64,000 nt of DNA from Candidatus Poribacteria bacterium (GCA_036339735.1 JAYZAL010000088.1:1-64000), one strand, 5' to 3'; shown: positions 20,321 to 30,368, numbered from the stretch's first letter. The notes: generated from the letters alone by a model not told the origin. Numbers and translations are program-made.

Positions 20321-21166
20321 TTAGCCACCATAGTAGTCAAAAAAACTTTTGGGTGTTTCTTTAAGCCGGAGTCGATGTAAACGGACCGAACGGCTAGGAG
20401 CAAGCGAAAGGATATCTGCTTCTATTAGTTCCCAAAGCACTCGAACAAAATTCTCTGAGGTAGGATTTAGAGTCTGAAATTCGACTGTGTCTAGGTTTAG
20501 GTGCTTGTGGTCAAAACGACCAAAAACCTTCTTGTTAATTACTTGATCCAAATCAACTATTCTTACTAACAGACCTGTTCTTTGATCTACCTCGCCGGAT
20601 AATGTAACGTCGAGTACATAATTGTGCCCATGTCCGTTTGGATTATTGCATTTTCCAAATATTTCTGTATTTTCATAGTCACTGAGTTCTGAGCTATGCA
20701 GGCGGTGAGCAGCACTAAATTCGTAAGTGCGAGTTAAATGAATCACAGGTTCAACTCCATAATATTGAACATATGTCCGTTCTTCTTCAGTCAACCTGAT
20801 CGAGTGCATGTGAACGCCCAATGTTGCTAAATCCTGACTGGTAGCACGCCACAATTCGATAGAAATGTTTTCTGGGGTTGGTTGAAGGCTTGGATCAGCC
20901 GAGAAAACCGGATGTTGTTGATTTATCTGTTTATGATCATAGTATTGGTTTATATAGGAGCGAATTAGCTCATCCACATCCTTAATATTAATGACCATAC
21001 CATTGGATGATTGAATTTTACCTCCAATGGTTAAATGTACACTATAGTTGTGTCCATGTTGGTTAACTTTATTCCCAAAAAATTGGTAATTCTCTTTTTC
21101 ACTGAGTTCTGGAAGGTAGTAGTAATGCGAGGCTTCAAAATCAATATATCGGGTAAGATGTATCAT
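20321..21166 (-). CDS. Tandem two-domain 6-pyruvoyl-tetrahydropterin synthase / QueD-family protein
   Basis: Domain 1 FEASH...HGHNY...DHK...PTPEN; domain 2 FSAAHRL...CNNPNGHGHNY...DHKHLN...PTSEN...ET. Start is ATG 21166 or GTG 21190. Confidence 0.88.
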   Translation of the reverse strand: MIHLTRYIDFEASHYYYLPELSEKENYQFFGNKVNQHGHNYSVHLTIGGKIQSSNGMVINIKDVDELIRSYINQYYDHKQINQQHPVFSADPSLQPTPENISIELWRATSQDLATLGVHMHSIRLTEEERTYVQYYGVEPVIHLTRTYEFSAAHRLHSSELSDYENTEIFGKCNNPNGHGHNYVLDVTLSGEVDQRTGLLVRIVDLDQVINKKVFGRFDHKHLNLDTVEFQTLNPTSENFVRVLWELIEADILSLAPSRSVRLHRLRLKETPKSFFDYYGG

Positions 21167-21173
21167 ATCGAGT

Positions 21174-21222
21174 AGACGTTGGATAAACACCTCGTCAGTT
21201 GTGTTTATCCAACGTCTTTTTT
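21174..21222. terminator. Perfect 17-bp hairpin between the peroxiredoxin and PTPS genes
   Basis: AGACGTTGGATAAACAC, 10-nt loop, GTGTTTATCCAACGTCT, followed by a T tract on the + strand only. Confidence 0.6.
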
Positions 21223-21253
21223 AATAAATCAGTTAGTTAATTTTAGCCATCTG

Positions 21254-21895
21254 TTATAAATCTCTCTTCATCAAATAGAAATCAATTTTCTCGTGATCGC
21301 TGTTCAATCGATCTATTACTTCGTCCTCGGTTTTTGGTGGTGGAACAATTACTTTATCGCCTTGTTCCCAATTGACAGGTGTTGCACAGGCGTTGGATTC
21401 CGATGTTTGTAAAGAATCGATCAGGCGAACTACTTCATCAATGTTGCGTCCATTGGTCAAAGGATAATAGATTAGAGCTCGAATTTTTCGTTCCGGATTA
21501 ATGATAAAAACGGCACGGACCGTGGCTGTTGAACTTTCTCCAGGATGGATCAGTCCATATTTATTGGCAACTGACATGTCCAAATCAGCAATCAGTGGAT
21601 ATGGAATTCTAACATCTAGATTCTGGTTTATGTTTTGTGTCCAAGCCAAATGTGAGTGAATACTGTCAATACTCAGCCCTATAAGCTTTACGTTTCGAGC
21701 GGCAAATTCATCGTTACGTCGAGCGAACTCAGTCAGTTCAGTCGTACAGACTGGCGTGAAATCAGCCGGATGAGAAAACAAGACTACCCAGTCATTACCC
21801 TGCCATTCGCTAAAGGTAATCTCGCCGTGTGTAGTTACGGCCTTAAAATCGGGTGCATCGTCCCCAATTCGGGGTATTGGAGTACTCATTTTCAA
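21254..21895 (-). CDS. Peroxiredoxin (Prx6/TDXH-type)
   Basis: FSHPADFTPVCTTE, TVRAVFII, YYPLTNGRN, ATPVNW. Start may be ATG 21889. Confidence 0.93.
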   Translation of the reverse strand: MKMSTPIPRIGDDAPDFKAVTTHGEITFSEWQGNDWVVLFSHPADFTPVCTTELTEFARRNDEFAARNVKLIGLSIDSIHSHLAWTQNINQNLDVRIPYPLIADLDMSVANKYGLIHPGESSTATVRAVFIINPERKIRALIYYPLTNGRNIDEVVRLIDSLQTSESNACATPVNWEQGDKVIVPPPKTEDEVIDRLNSDHEKIDFYLMKRDL

Positions 21896-21942
21896 CTTCT
21901 CCTGTATGTTATGTTGTAGATAATCTATTGAACGAGAACTAA

Positions 21943-22023
21943 ATTATCACATGCGTTAGAAGTATTGTCAAGATCACGAATTCGCCGTATTATGTTGACT
22001 CGGCTGATTAACTTTGTTACACT
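21943..22023. promoter_or_regulatory. Back-to-back divergent sigma70-type promoters
   Basis: Minus strand: TTGACA (21971-21966), 17 nt, TGn-GATAAT (21948-21943). Plus strand: TTGACT (21995-22000), 17 nt, TGn-TACACT (22018-22023). Confidence 0.55.
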
Positions 22024-22049
22024 GACCGTGGAGGGGGCAGGAGGTCTCA

Positions 22050-22385
22050 ATGACGTTTGATCAGACAAAAAAAGCATTAATCTTAGGCTTTTTAGCTGGT
22101 TTTATCTGGAATCTTTGCGGTGAAGCGTCTGTGAGAATTTATCAACTTATGGTTGCGAGGCTGCCTGCAATTGATGAGATCGTCCAACAAAACAGTTGGG
22201 TTAAACCGGCACGGGATCTAGTTGGATTAATAATGGTCTTCGGATATGTTTTTATCATTATCAAGATTTGTCAGCGTCTGTACCAGCAGGTCGAATTACC
22301 TGAAAGAAACGAGTATACTCCTTGGTTAGTTCTGAGCGTTTCGTCTATCCCCGGTCTATTCTTTGGAGCGATGATTTTCCACTAG
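22050..22385 (+). CDS. Small hypothetical membrane protein (about 3 TM)
   Basis: Strong RBS AGGAGG before the ATG; hydrophobic segments. Confidence 0.75.
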   Translation: MTFDQTKKALILGFLAGFIWNLCGEASVRIYQLMVARLPAIDEIVQQNSWVKPARDLVGLIMVFGYVFIIIKICQRLYQQVELPERNEYTPWLVLSVSSIPGLFFGAMIFH

Positions 22386-22430
22386 CGATTACAATTCACC
22401 AAATACTTCAAATAACATGATTAGCTAGTG

Positions 22431-23687
22431 TTAACTCCACAGTCGATCGTGGGATCGCTCCTCATTCCATTCAGGAGTTGGTGGAAAGTAAGCCGTCTGG
22501 CTCGAGTGAAGGTGTTCCTTGATCACCGTTTCGTTCAGCTCAATACCCAATCCAGGCGTTTCTGGTACTGTAATATAACCGTCCTCGATGATTGGGTTAG
22601 GTAAACCAATAACAAGTTCATCCCACCAAGGCGTATCAACGGAATGATTCTCTAAGACTAAAAAATTCTCTGTAGCTGCGGCACAGTGTACGCTGGCCAT
22701 GGCGCAAATTGGGGTGCCAGCCATGTGTAGGGCCATGGAAATACCATATTCTTGGGCCAGATCTCCGATCTTTTTGGTTTCTAAAATCCCACCTGAACTG
22801 GCAATGTCAGGGTGGGCGACAGATATTGCTTGTGCCTGAAACAATTTGATGAACTCTTCTTTGCAATAGATGTCTTCTCCAGTACAAATTGGAGTGGTAC
22901 AAGCATTCGACAAACGAACGTATTGTTCTGTAAACTGCCATGGAATCATATCTTCCAGCCAAGCTAGATTGTACTTATCCAATGCTTGGGCCAATCGAAT
23001 GCAGTCATCTACTCCAATATGGCCAAAATGATCCAAAGCTAAAGGTACTTCGTAACCTATAATTTGGCGCACAGTTCCTACGTAGTCCGCTAAAATATCA
23101 ATTCCTTTATCAGTAATTCGAATGGAAGTAAAGGGGTGCATAAGGTTACTACTATCGAGGTGACCAGTTGGTGCAGACAAAGTTCCTGATATGTTTCGCA
23201 AATGCCCAATTCCAACATCCATTTTCAAAAAAGTGAAGCCACGTTGCACCCTTTCTATTAGCTTTTGCCCCATTTCGATAGGATCATTTAAGGTCGGAGT
23301 GTCAGAATAACAACGAATTCGATTTCTGAATTTGCCACCGGCTAACTGGTAACATGGTATGCCATAAGCCTTACCCGTTAGATCCATTAGGGCCATTTCA
23401 ACTGCACTCACCCCACCACCTTGCCGAGCATGATGGCCAAACTGCTTAATTTGTCGAAAAATTTTGTCAACTTGACAGGGGTTTTGACTTAGTAGACGAC
23501 TTTTTAGCATCAATGCGTAAGTAATGCTGGCACCATCCCGGACTTCACCCAAGCCATAAATGTCTTGGTTGGTATCAATTTTGAGAATCGGTCCACCTGT
23601 GGAGACCTGAACCAAACGGACATCAGTGATTTTTAGTTGTGAAGGTGAAGAATTAGTATTGATATTTGATGATATATCGGTTTGCAT
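22431..23687 (-). CDS. Mandelate racemase / acid-sugar dehydratase-like enolase superfamily protein
   Basis: SAVEMALMDLTGK, LKMD, LDHFGH, WLED, TGED, HPDIASSGG, PETPGLG. Confidence 0.9.
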   Translation of the reverse strand: MQTDISSNINTNSSPSQLKITDVRLVQVSTGGPILKIDTNQDIYGLGEVRDGASITYALMLKSRLLSQNPCQVDKIFRQIKQFGHHARQGGGVSAVEMALMDLTGKAYGIPCYQLAGGKFRNRIRCYSDTPTLNDPIEMGQKLIERVQRGFTFLKMDVGIGHLRNISGTLSAPTGHLDSSNLMHPFTSIRITDKGIDILADYVGTVRQIIGYEVPLALDHFGHIGVDDCIRLAQALDKYNLAWLEDMIPWQFTEQYVRLSNACTTPICTGEDIYCKEEFIKLFQAQAISVAHPDIASSGGILETKKIGDLAQEYGISMALHMAGTPICAMASVHCAAATENFLVLENHSVDTPWWDELVIGLPNPIIEDGYITVPETPGLGIELNETVIKEHLHSSQTAYFPPTPEWNEERSHDRLWS

Positions 23688-23699
23688 ATTCTATTCCCT

Positions 23700-24563
23700 T
23701 TACTCGAATTGAGGAGGTCGTTGTGGCTTCATAGGTTGAATTATATCACGCTGATCCGGTGTCAATCGGGATAAAAGTTGGTCCGAATGGGGTAAGTTAA
23801 ACCGCTCACGTACGAAACGAGGCGAATACCGGTAAACAACTGTTCGGCGATAACCTGGATTAACTCGCTTTGCTGAACCATGGGTGATTGCGTCAGTAAA
23901 CATGACCGCATCTCCGGCTTTCAAATAAATCTCTTTTGTGGCTAAGGCCGTACCTGCAGGCAAACCGGTCACACCATCATATACTAACCCTTTGCCGTTT
24001 GCTTCTAAGCGAGGGTGTATCTCGGTACAATTGTGGCTGCTAGGTACCAATACTGGGGGACCATCTCCCGGACCGATATCCTCTAATGCTAGAAGTAAAT
24101 TTATTTGACCAACCATCCATTCGCCGGTATTTTCTTGCCGAAAGGTTAAATAACTCAATGGCACGTGACCACCGCAATGGATATGAATATAACCGCCCTG
24201 ACCTCGCACATTGAGAAAATTCTCATGTATTGACAAACCATTGACTTCAGAGTTGATATATCGGCGCATCAGTTCAATCCAACTGGAATGATCAATCAAC
24301 CTTTCAAAAACGGCCCCTCCCTCAATAATATTTTGAAAGTTAACACCGTTTTCAATATTGTAAGTATGTGTCTGTATATTACCAATCCATCTAAATCGGT
24401 CTCGTAATCGATTATCTGTTTCTGGCAACCAAGGTTGTTCCACATATTCCCAGTGATCGTCAATCCATTGATTCATATCACTCAGATCTTCTGCAGAGAT
24501 AGCATTTTTCAATACCAGGTAGCCTTGCAAATCGAACAAGTAGTCCTTCATTTTTTGTTCCAT
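23700..24563 (-). CDS. PhyH-family Fe(II)/2OG oxygenase with an HxG motif
   Basis: YLFDLQGYLVL, IHCGG, DIGPGDG...PSSH, KAGDAVMFTDAITHGS...RR. Confidence 0.82.
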   Translation of the reverse strand: MEQKMKDYLFDLQGYLVLKNAISAEDLSDMNQWIDDHWEYVEQPWLPETDNRLRDRFRWIGNIQTHTYNIENGVNFQNIIEGGAVFERLIDHSSWIELMRRYINSEVNGLSIHENFLNVRGQGGYIHIHCGGHVPLSYLTFRQENTGEWMVGQINLLLALEDIGPGDGPPVLVPSSHNCTEIHPRLEANGKGLVYDGVTGLPAGTALATKEIYLKAGDAVMFTDAITHGSAKRVNPGYRRTVVYRYSPRFVRERFNLPHSDQLLSRLTPDQRDIIQPMKPQRPPQFE

Positions 24564-24597
24564 TAATTTGCTCCATCCGTTAGTGAATATAGCATTT

Positions 24598-25644
24598 TTA
24601 CCAACTGCTCATCTCAAAGATAACACCAAGCATCTTGTCCGGATATTGGATAATTTCGGCCATTTTAGACTCAGCATGTTCTAGCGCGATAGCATGTGTA
24701 GTCAAAGTATCAACGTTTAATTTACCTTCTGAAATTAGACGCATACATAATTTGAGATTAGTTTGAGTAGTCCATCGCATCACAACCGGAGGGTAGTCAT
24801 TTCCAAATTCCCATGCTTCATCGTGGTAACCAAATCCGGTACGACCAACTCGACAAATATCCATGTTGGTAATTGAACGTGGAAAGTCAAAGTAAGCACC
24901 TCCTGGGATCATTAGCCGGCCCATCAAGTGGCCATCAGGGGAAGATTTGAAGCATTTTTGAAGTTTTTGTAAGGCCTGATTAGCATCACCACCAAAAGCT
25001 ATTACCGCAGTGTCTAAACCTTGTTGTGTAGTGAATTTCTGAGTCAACTCTACTTCATCTTCCTGGCCTGGGATGGCAATAGCATCGATGCCCCAGTTAT
25101 TAGCTATCTTTGTTCGGAAAGGAATAGTATCCCAGCCGATGACCAAACTACCTGCCATTTGGTGAATCATTGCACAAAGTTGGCCCAAAACCCCCAAACC
25201 AACCACGGCCGCAAATTCGCCAAAACCAGATTGTCCTCTTCGATAAACGTGCACAGCGGTCGCGGCTAAATGACCATAAGCCCCTTGAGCAAAGTTTACA
25301 TTGTCAGGTAAAGGCACACATAAGTTGTGAGGTACTACTGCGTAATTAGAGTGAAGAGCATAGCCAGCTCCCATGCAGGCTATGCGATCACCAGCTTTGA
25401 ATCGACTTACGCCATTTCCCACTTGTTCTACTATACCAGCATTAGCATATCCGAAAGGTTTAGGCTCCGACTCTACCACTTGTTGGTTATGTAGATTCCG
25501 CCAGCCACCGACTTCACTACCCGGACTAACTAAAGAGTTATGGACACGGACCAACACGCTCCCAGACTTAATTTCCGGAATTGGGCCTTCAATCAGCGTT
25601 ATTTTTCCACTTTGACGAGCAATAATTACACGTTTTTTATTCAT
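24598..25644 (-). CDS. MDR-superfamily (zinc-binding alcohol dehydrogenase-like) oxidoreductase
   Basis: GroES domain SLVSPGSE, GYANAGIVEQVG, GDRIA; Rossmann VVGLGVLG. Classical Zn Cys/His ligands not evident. Confidence 0.85.
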   Translation of the reverse strand: MNKKRVIIARQSGKITLIEGPIPEIKSGSVLVRVHNSLVSPGSEVGGWRNLHNQQVVESEPKPFGYANAGIVEQVGNGVSRFKAGDRIACMGAGYALHSNYAVVPHNLCVPLPDNVNFAQGAYGHLAATAVHVYRRGQSGFGEFAAVVGLGVLGQLCAMIHQMAGSLVIGWDTIPFRTKIANNWGIDAIAIPGQEDEVELTQKFTTQQGLDTAVIAFGGDANQALQKLQKCFKSSPDGHLMGRLMIPGGAYFDFPRSITNMDICRVGRTGFGYHDEAWEFGNDYPPVVMRWTTQTNLKLCMRLISEGKLNVDTLTTHAIALEHAESKMAEIIQYPDKMLGVIFEMSSW

Positions 25645-26298
25645 AATTTTTCTCACTTGACGTATACTTGAGTTGAGTATCTAATCATGAGTAGGTTCGG
25701 ATAAGGGATTATAGCAGAAAGGCAGTCATAAAAAAACTCGGGAAGTAAGTACCAAATCGAACTGATGTTTTCCAATAAAATCGGTTTTGATTAACTGTTT
25801 GCCATACTCACAGTAAATATAGAAGATGATTTGATATTTTTGATTGATTTTCTATCAAATAATTGACAGATTTTTTGAGGTAAAGCGAACTTGAGAACGA
25901 ATTATTTCATCAAAAACACTCTTGACTATCGTATATGTTGATTATCTAAATAGAGAAAAGAAATTTTAGTGTTATAACAATATAAAAATCGGGTTGGACT
26001 CCCTGCTTTAAGACAATGATCAATAGATTAATGACGTTTACCCACTTTCTTATGTCTTGTTGCCCCATCCAAAAAATTCACCTAAGAAGTTAATTATTCA
26101 CAAGCAATCGAGTCTAAACTTCAGGCAGCTGATATTGGGCTACATTTGTCTTATTGCAAGAAAATCTGAAGTAGGAGGGGGTTGAAATCGATTCGTGTTG
26201 ACTAATACAAAATCCTCTACGAAATATATCTTAGCCCCACTCACGCCTGACTTAGTGAATATGATCTGGTAGCTTTCCATGTCAGATAAATAAATGCC

Positions 26299-27195
26299 GT
26301 GTCAGAAAGACAAAAGTACATTCTGTTGTTATTCTTGTTTTTTTTAGCCAGTTTCGGTGTTACACCACAACAAAATCAACTCTTTATTGGTGACATTGAT
26401 TACGAATCACCTGACTATATTCTCATGTTTGCTGATCATCTATATCAGACGGGAGATTATAAGCGAGCAGTTATCGAGTACCAAAGATACTTATCTACTA
26501 CGGGATCAATTGGCCTCAAAAACTGTGGGTTCAAGCTAGCTGATAGCTACCGAAAGTCGGGGGATTTGGAGAATTCGCTTGCTATCTACAAAAATCTTCA
26601 GAAAATAAACACTAATGATAGTGAGTGTTGGTGGATAGCTCAATCCGAAATCGGTCAAACTTACTTTCTGTTTGGTGATTATAATCGCTCGATCAGCGCC
26701 TTTAACAAAATTACAATTCCTACCAGCAAGTTGAAGACAGATGGAGAAATCTGGATTGGTGTTAACCGAATTTTTTTGGGACAATGGGACCTAGCACACA
26801 CACACTTCTCCTTTACAGAGATTGATTCTAAACCTTCAGATGAAACAATAAATTATTATCAATCTCTGGTCCAAGAAGGTAGAAGGTTACCGGTTAAGAA
26901 CCCATTTTTAGCAGGAACTTTATCATTTGTTTTGCCTGGAGCAGGACGAATTTACCTCGGTCGGCCAGGGGATTTTTTCAATACGTTAACGACTATTACA
27001 GCCGTCGGTCTGCTAAGCTACAATGGTTTTCAACATCACCAAGAGCGATCAATTAAAGGTTGGTCATTTGCTCTGATTGGCAGTGTATTTTACCTATCTA
27101 ACATATACGGGTCATGGTTGGGAGCCAAAATTCATAACAGGCAGATTAACGAAGACTTTTTGGGAAAAATTGTTGTACCTTTACCGAATGATTGA
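26299..27195 (+). CDS. TPR protein with signal peptide and C-terminal membrane domain
   Basis: TPR-like FADHLYQTGDYKRAVIEY and IGQTYFLFGDYNRSI; C-terminal KNPFLAGTLSFVLPGAGRIYLG (TM2-like). Confidence 0.75.
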   Translation: MSERQKYILLLFLFFLASFGVTPQQNQLFIGDIDYESPDYILMFADHLYQTGDYKRAVIEYQRYLSTTGSIGLKNCGFKLADSYRKSGDLENSLAIYKNLQKINTNDSECWWIAQSEIGQTYFLFGDYNRSISAFNKITIPTSKLKTDGEIWIGVNRIFLGQWDLAHTHFSFTEIDSKPSDETINYYQSLVQEGRRLPVKNPFLAGTLSFVLPGAGRIYLGRPGDFFNTLTTITAVGLLSYNGFQHHQERSIKGWSFALIGSVFYLSNIYGSWLGAKIHNRQINEDFLGKIVVPLPND

Positions 27196-27294
27196 ATTTA
27201 GTTATTGTATTGAGTAGATCATGCATGAACTAGTTACTTTTTTATCCCAGGTTTATGCGAATAAACCTGTTAGTTTTGTATACGGAGAAATGAA

Positions 27295-27957
27295 ATGTCG
27301 CTCCCATTGGAAATCAACTTGGACATGATGCGAGAAAAACTTTATGCGGCAGTCGTATCCGATGCATTAGATGCGCTAGGTTATAGAAAACAATCACCAA
27401 AAATTCCTTTGTCACCTCAGACTTCTGACGATGTTCTAATCGGACGTTGCAAAACGACGCTGTGGGAGGATATTGATTTTGAAGATCCACGTCCCTATGA
27501 GCTAGAGTTACTCGCTGTTGATTCTTGTCAGCCCGATGATGTAATGATTTGTGCAGCTCAAGGATCAAATCGATCAGGAATTTGGGGCGAATTACTCTCA
27601 ACTGCATCAAAGAATCGGGGTTGTATAGGGGCAATCATTCATGGTTCCATTCGAGATACATCTAAAATCAAAGCTCTTGGGTTCGCTGTATATGCAACGG
27701 GTCGTAGCGTTTACGACAGTATGAATCGCCAACGTGTCATTTCAATAGATGAACCTGTCAAAATTGAAGGGGTAACTTTTTGTGCTGGGGATCTGGTAAT
27801 TGCTGATAGGGACGGAGTAGTAGTAGTTCCAAAAGAGATTGAAAATCAGGCTATTCAGAAAGCTTGGAAAAAAGTAAACGAGGAGAATATAACCCGTGAT
27901 GCTATTACCAACGGTCTGTCGGTTACCGAAGCTTATAAGAAATACGGTGTACTGTAA
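27295..27957 (+). CDS. RraA / HMG-aldolase family protein
   Basis: AVVSDALD, IWGELL, HGSIRD, GDLVIADRDGVVVVP. Confidence 0.9.
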   Translation: MSLPLEINLDMMREKLYAAVVSDALDALGYRKQSPKIPLSPQTSDDVLIGRCKTTLWEDIDFEDPRPYELELLAVDSCQPDDVMICAAQGSNRSGIWGELLSTASKNRGCIGAIIHGSIRDTSKIKALGFAVYATGRSVYDSMNRQRVISIDEPVKIEGVTFCAGDLVIADRDGVVVVPKEIENQAIQKAWKKVNEENITRDAITNGLSVTEAYKKYGVL

Positions 27958-27978
27958 ATATTAGGTTCCATACAGTTC

Positions 27979-29472
27979 ATGACTAATCGGAATCGTAAAA
28001 GAATAGGCGTGATCGGATTTTTACATGAGTCCAATACGTTTATTGCATCTCCAACCACTTATCAAGCATTCGAAAATGACTGCCTGCTAGAAAGAGATGA
28101 TTTTTACCAAGCCATGAGTCAATCTAACCATGAGACATCAGGTTTTTTTTCAGTCTTAGATGAAGTGAAAGATGAATTTGAGTCCATTCCAATTATATTG
28201 GCTCGTGCAGTTCCTTATGGAACAATTACTACTCGAGCCTATCGTCGTATTATTGATACCATGTTGAATCTTTTGGATAAAGTCGGTCCCATTGATGGTC
28301 TGCTGGTCGCTCCGCATGGTGCCACAGTCTCAAAAGAATATCCCGATGCAGATGGATATTGGCTTGGTGAATTACGCGATTTTTTGGGGCCAAATATACC
28401 AATTATTGGAACATTAGATCCACATGGTAATTTGTCTGACTTGATGGCTAAATCTTGTAATGCCCTGATTGCATACAGAAGTAATCCGCACCTCGACCAG
28501 TTTGAGATAGGGAGACAAGCGGCCTCTTTACTAATCGAAACTTTGAAATTTAAGGTCCGACCAGTGATGGAAATTGCTAGACCTCCGGTAGCTATAAGCA
28601 TTCAAAAACAAGAAACAAATATGAATCCTTGTTTGCCACTGTATAACCTAGCAGACCAGCAGTTAGACCATCCAGCGGTTCTCACCAATAGTATCATGCT
28701 GGGATTTCCATATTCAGACGTAGATGAGATGGGAGCTGCTTTTATCGTTGTCACCGATGGGAATCGATCGTTAGCTCGTGAATATGTGGATGCACTAGCA
28801 GAATATCTGACCCTACACCGAAGAGACTTTCGTGCAGAGTTGGAACCCATGGAAGAAACAGTTAAAAGGTGTAAATCTTTAATAGGTCCTGTATGCTTAT
28901 TAGACATGGGAGATAATACAGGAGGGGGAGGACCAGCTGACAGTACAATTCTGTTGCATGAGTGCCAAAGGCAGGGGCTTACAAATACGTTTGTCTGTTT
29001 ATATGACCCAGCAGTTGTTAGTCAGCTTATGAATCTTGAAATTGGTTCCGTTCGAGAAATAAAAGTTGGTGCCAAAACTGATGAACTTCATGGAACACCT
29101 TGGGTTGGGTTAGTCAAACTGCTTGGTAAATACAGTGGTACATTTTATGAACCGAAGGCACGACATGGTGGATCTACAGATTGTGATCAAGGGCCTACAG
29201 TTGTCGTAAGGCATAAATCAGGAATCACTATTATGGCTACATCTAAAAGACAGCCACCTTTCAGTCTAAGACAGTTAACCAGCTTCGATATTGATCCTCT
29301 TAAATTTCATATTCTTATAACGAAAGGTGTGAATGCACCTATCGCTGCCTACAAACCAATTTGTAAACAAATTATTAAAGTTAATACTCCAGGTGTTACC
29401 ACTGCTGATATTGAGAAACTAAATTATCGGCATCGTCGCGTCCCTCTTTACCCCTTTGAAGAAATCCTATAG
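27979..29472 (+). CDS. M81 (MlrC-like) metallopeptidase
   Basis: HESNTF, HGA, LDPHGN, YRSNPHLD, GFPYSD, DMGDNTGGG, TPGVT, RRVPLYPFE. Confidence 0.92.
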   Translation: MTNRNRKRIGVIGFLHESNTFIASPTTYQAFENDCLLERDDFYQAMSQSNHETSGFFSVLDEVKDEFESIPIILARAVPYGTITTRAYRRIIDTMLNLLDKVGPIDGLLVAPHGATVSKEYPDADGYWLGELRDFLGPNIPIIGTLDPHGNLSDLMAKSCNALIAYRSNPHLDQFEIGRQAASLLIETLKFKVRPVMEIARPPVAISIQKQETNMNPCLPLYNLADQQLDHPAVLTNSIMLGFPYSDVDEMGAAFIVVTDGNRSLAREYVDALAEYLTLHRRDFRAELEPMEETVKRCKSLIGPVCLLDMGDNTGGGGPADSTILLHECQRQGLTNTFVCLYDPAVVSQLMNLEIGSVREIKVGAKTDELHGTPWVGLVKLLGKYSGTFYEPKARHGGSTDCDQGPTVVVRHKSGITIMATSKRQPPFSLRQLTSFDIDPLKFHILITKGVNAPIAAYKPICKQIIKVNTPGVTTADIEKLNYRHRRVPLYPFEEIL

Positions 29473-29480
29473 AAGTACAT

Positions 29481-30368
29481 TTGATGAGTTTATTCAACAA
29501 ATTCGTCATTGAAACCGACAATGATCACCCACATGTGTTGATTACTGCCGGTGTACACGGAGATGAATTTGAACCTATTCGATGCATTCATGCCTTAATT
29601 AATCAACTTCCAGGTAATCTACTGCAAGGTAAAGTGACACTCGTTCCGTGTGTAAATACTGGGGCTTTCTTGCGAGGAAATCGTACTGCTGCTGATGGAA
29701 TCGATTTAGCACGGATCTGTCCAGGCAACCCAAATGGAACGATTACAATGCGTGTTGGGCATGAACTTTCTCAACTAATTAGAACTGCTGACTACTATAT
29801 TGACCTACACACTGGTGGTATCCGATTCTCGGTATATCCACTTACTGGATATCTTCTTCACCCTGATCAGCAGGTATTAGATTGTTCAAAATGGCTTGCT
29901 AAATCGTTCAACCTCCCATTTATTTGGGGAACTGATTGGCGTCTGCCGGGGCGCAGCATGTCGATTGCTTGTGAATACGGTATTCCGGCTATCTATGCAG
30001 AGTATCTGGGAGGTGCCCAATGTTCAGAGGAAGGAGTGTCAGATTACATCAATGGTTGCCTGAATGTGCTCGGAAGGTTGGGAATGCTGAATCGAGTTCA
30101 ACCAAAGTCTAGGGTGAAGACGATTGTGGAGGACCCACGTCAAGGTTCTGGCCACATGCAGGTATGTCACCCTGCAGAGTTTGACGGGGTTTTTACGCCG
30201 ACCTATAGTTTAGGAGATACTGTGCAGGAAGGCGACGTATTAGGAACAGTTCGAACTATCGACGGTCGTCGTACTTCAAAATTGGTTGCTAATCAAAATG
30301 GAATGGTGATAGTGTTGCGTACTTTTTCCATGGTTCGAAAAGGCGAAGCCACTGTCGTTATCGCTTGA
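29481..30368 (+). CDS. Succinylglutamate desuccinylase / aspartoacylase (M14-like) family protein
   Basis: AGVHGDE, DLARICPG, IDLHTGG, C-terminal barrel-sandwich hybrid domain. Confidence 0.9.
   Translation: MMSLFNKFVIETDNDHPHVLITAGVHGDEFEPIRCIHALINQLPGNLLQGKVTLVPCVNTGAFLRGNRTAADGIDLARICPGNPNGTITMRVGHELSQLIRTADYYIDLHTGGIRFSVYPLTGYLLHPDQQVLDCSKWLAKSFNLPFIWGTDWRLPGRSMSIACEYGIPAIYAEYLGGAQCSEEGVSDYINGCLNVLGRLGMLNRVQPKSRVKTIVEDPRQGSGHMQVCHPAEFDGVFTPTYSLGDTVQEGDVLGTVRTIDGRRTSKLVANQNGMVIVLRTFSMVRKGEATVVIA

Noticed and set aside
25657-26298. Long intergenic region and a 25-codon ORF starting at 26017
   Set aside because: No RBS, repeats or recognisable RNA motif; consistent with a divergent promoter region.
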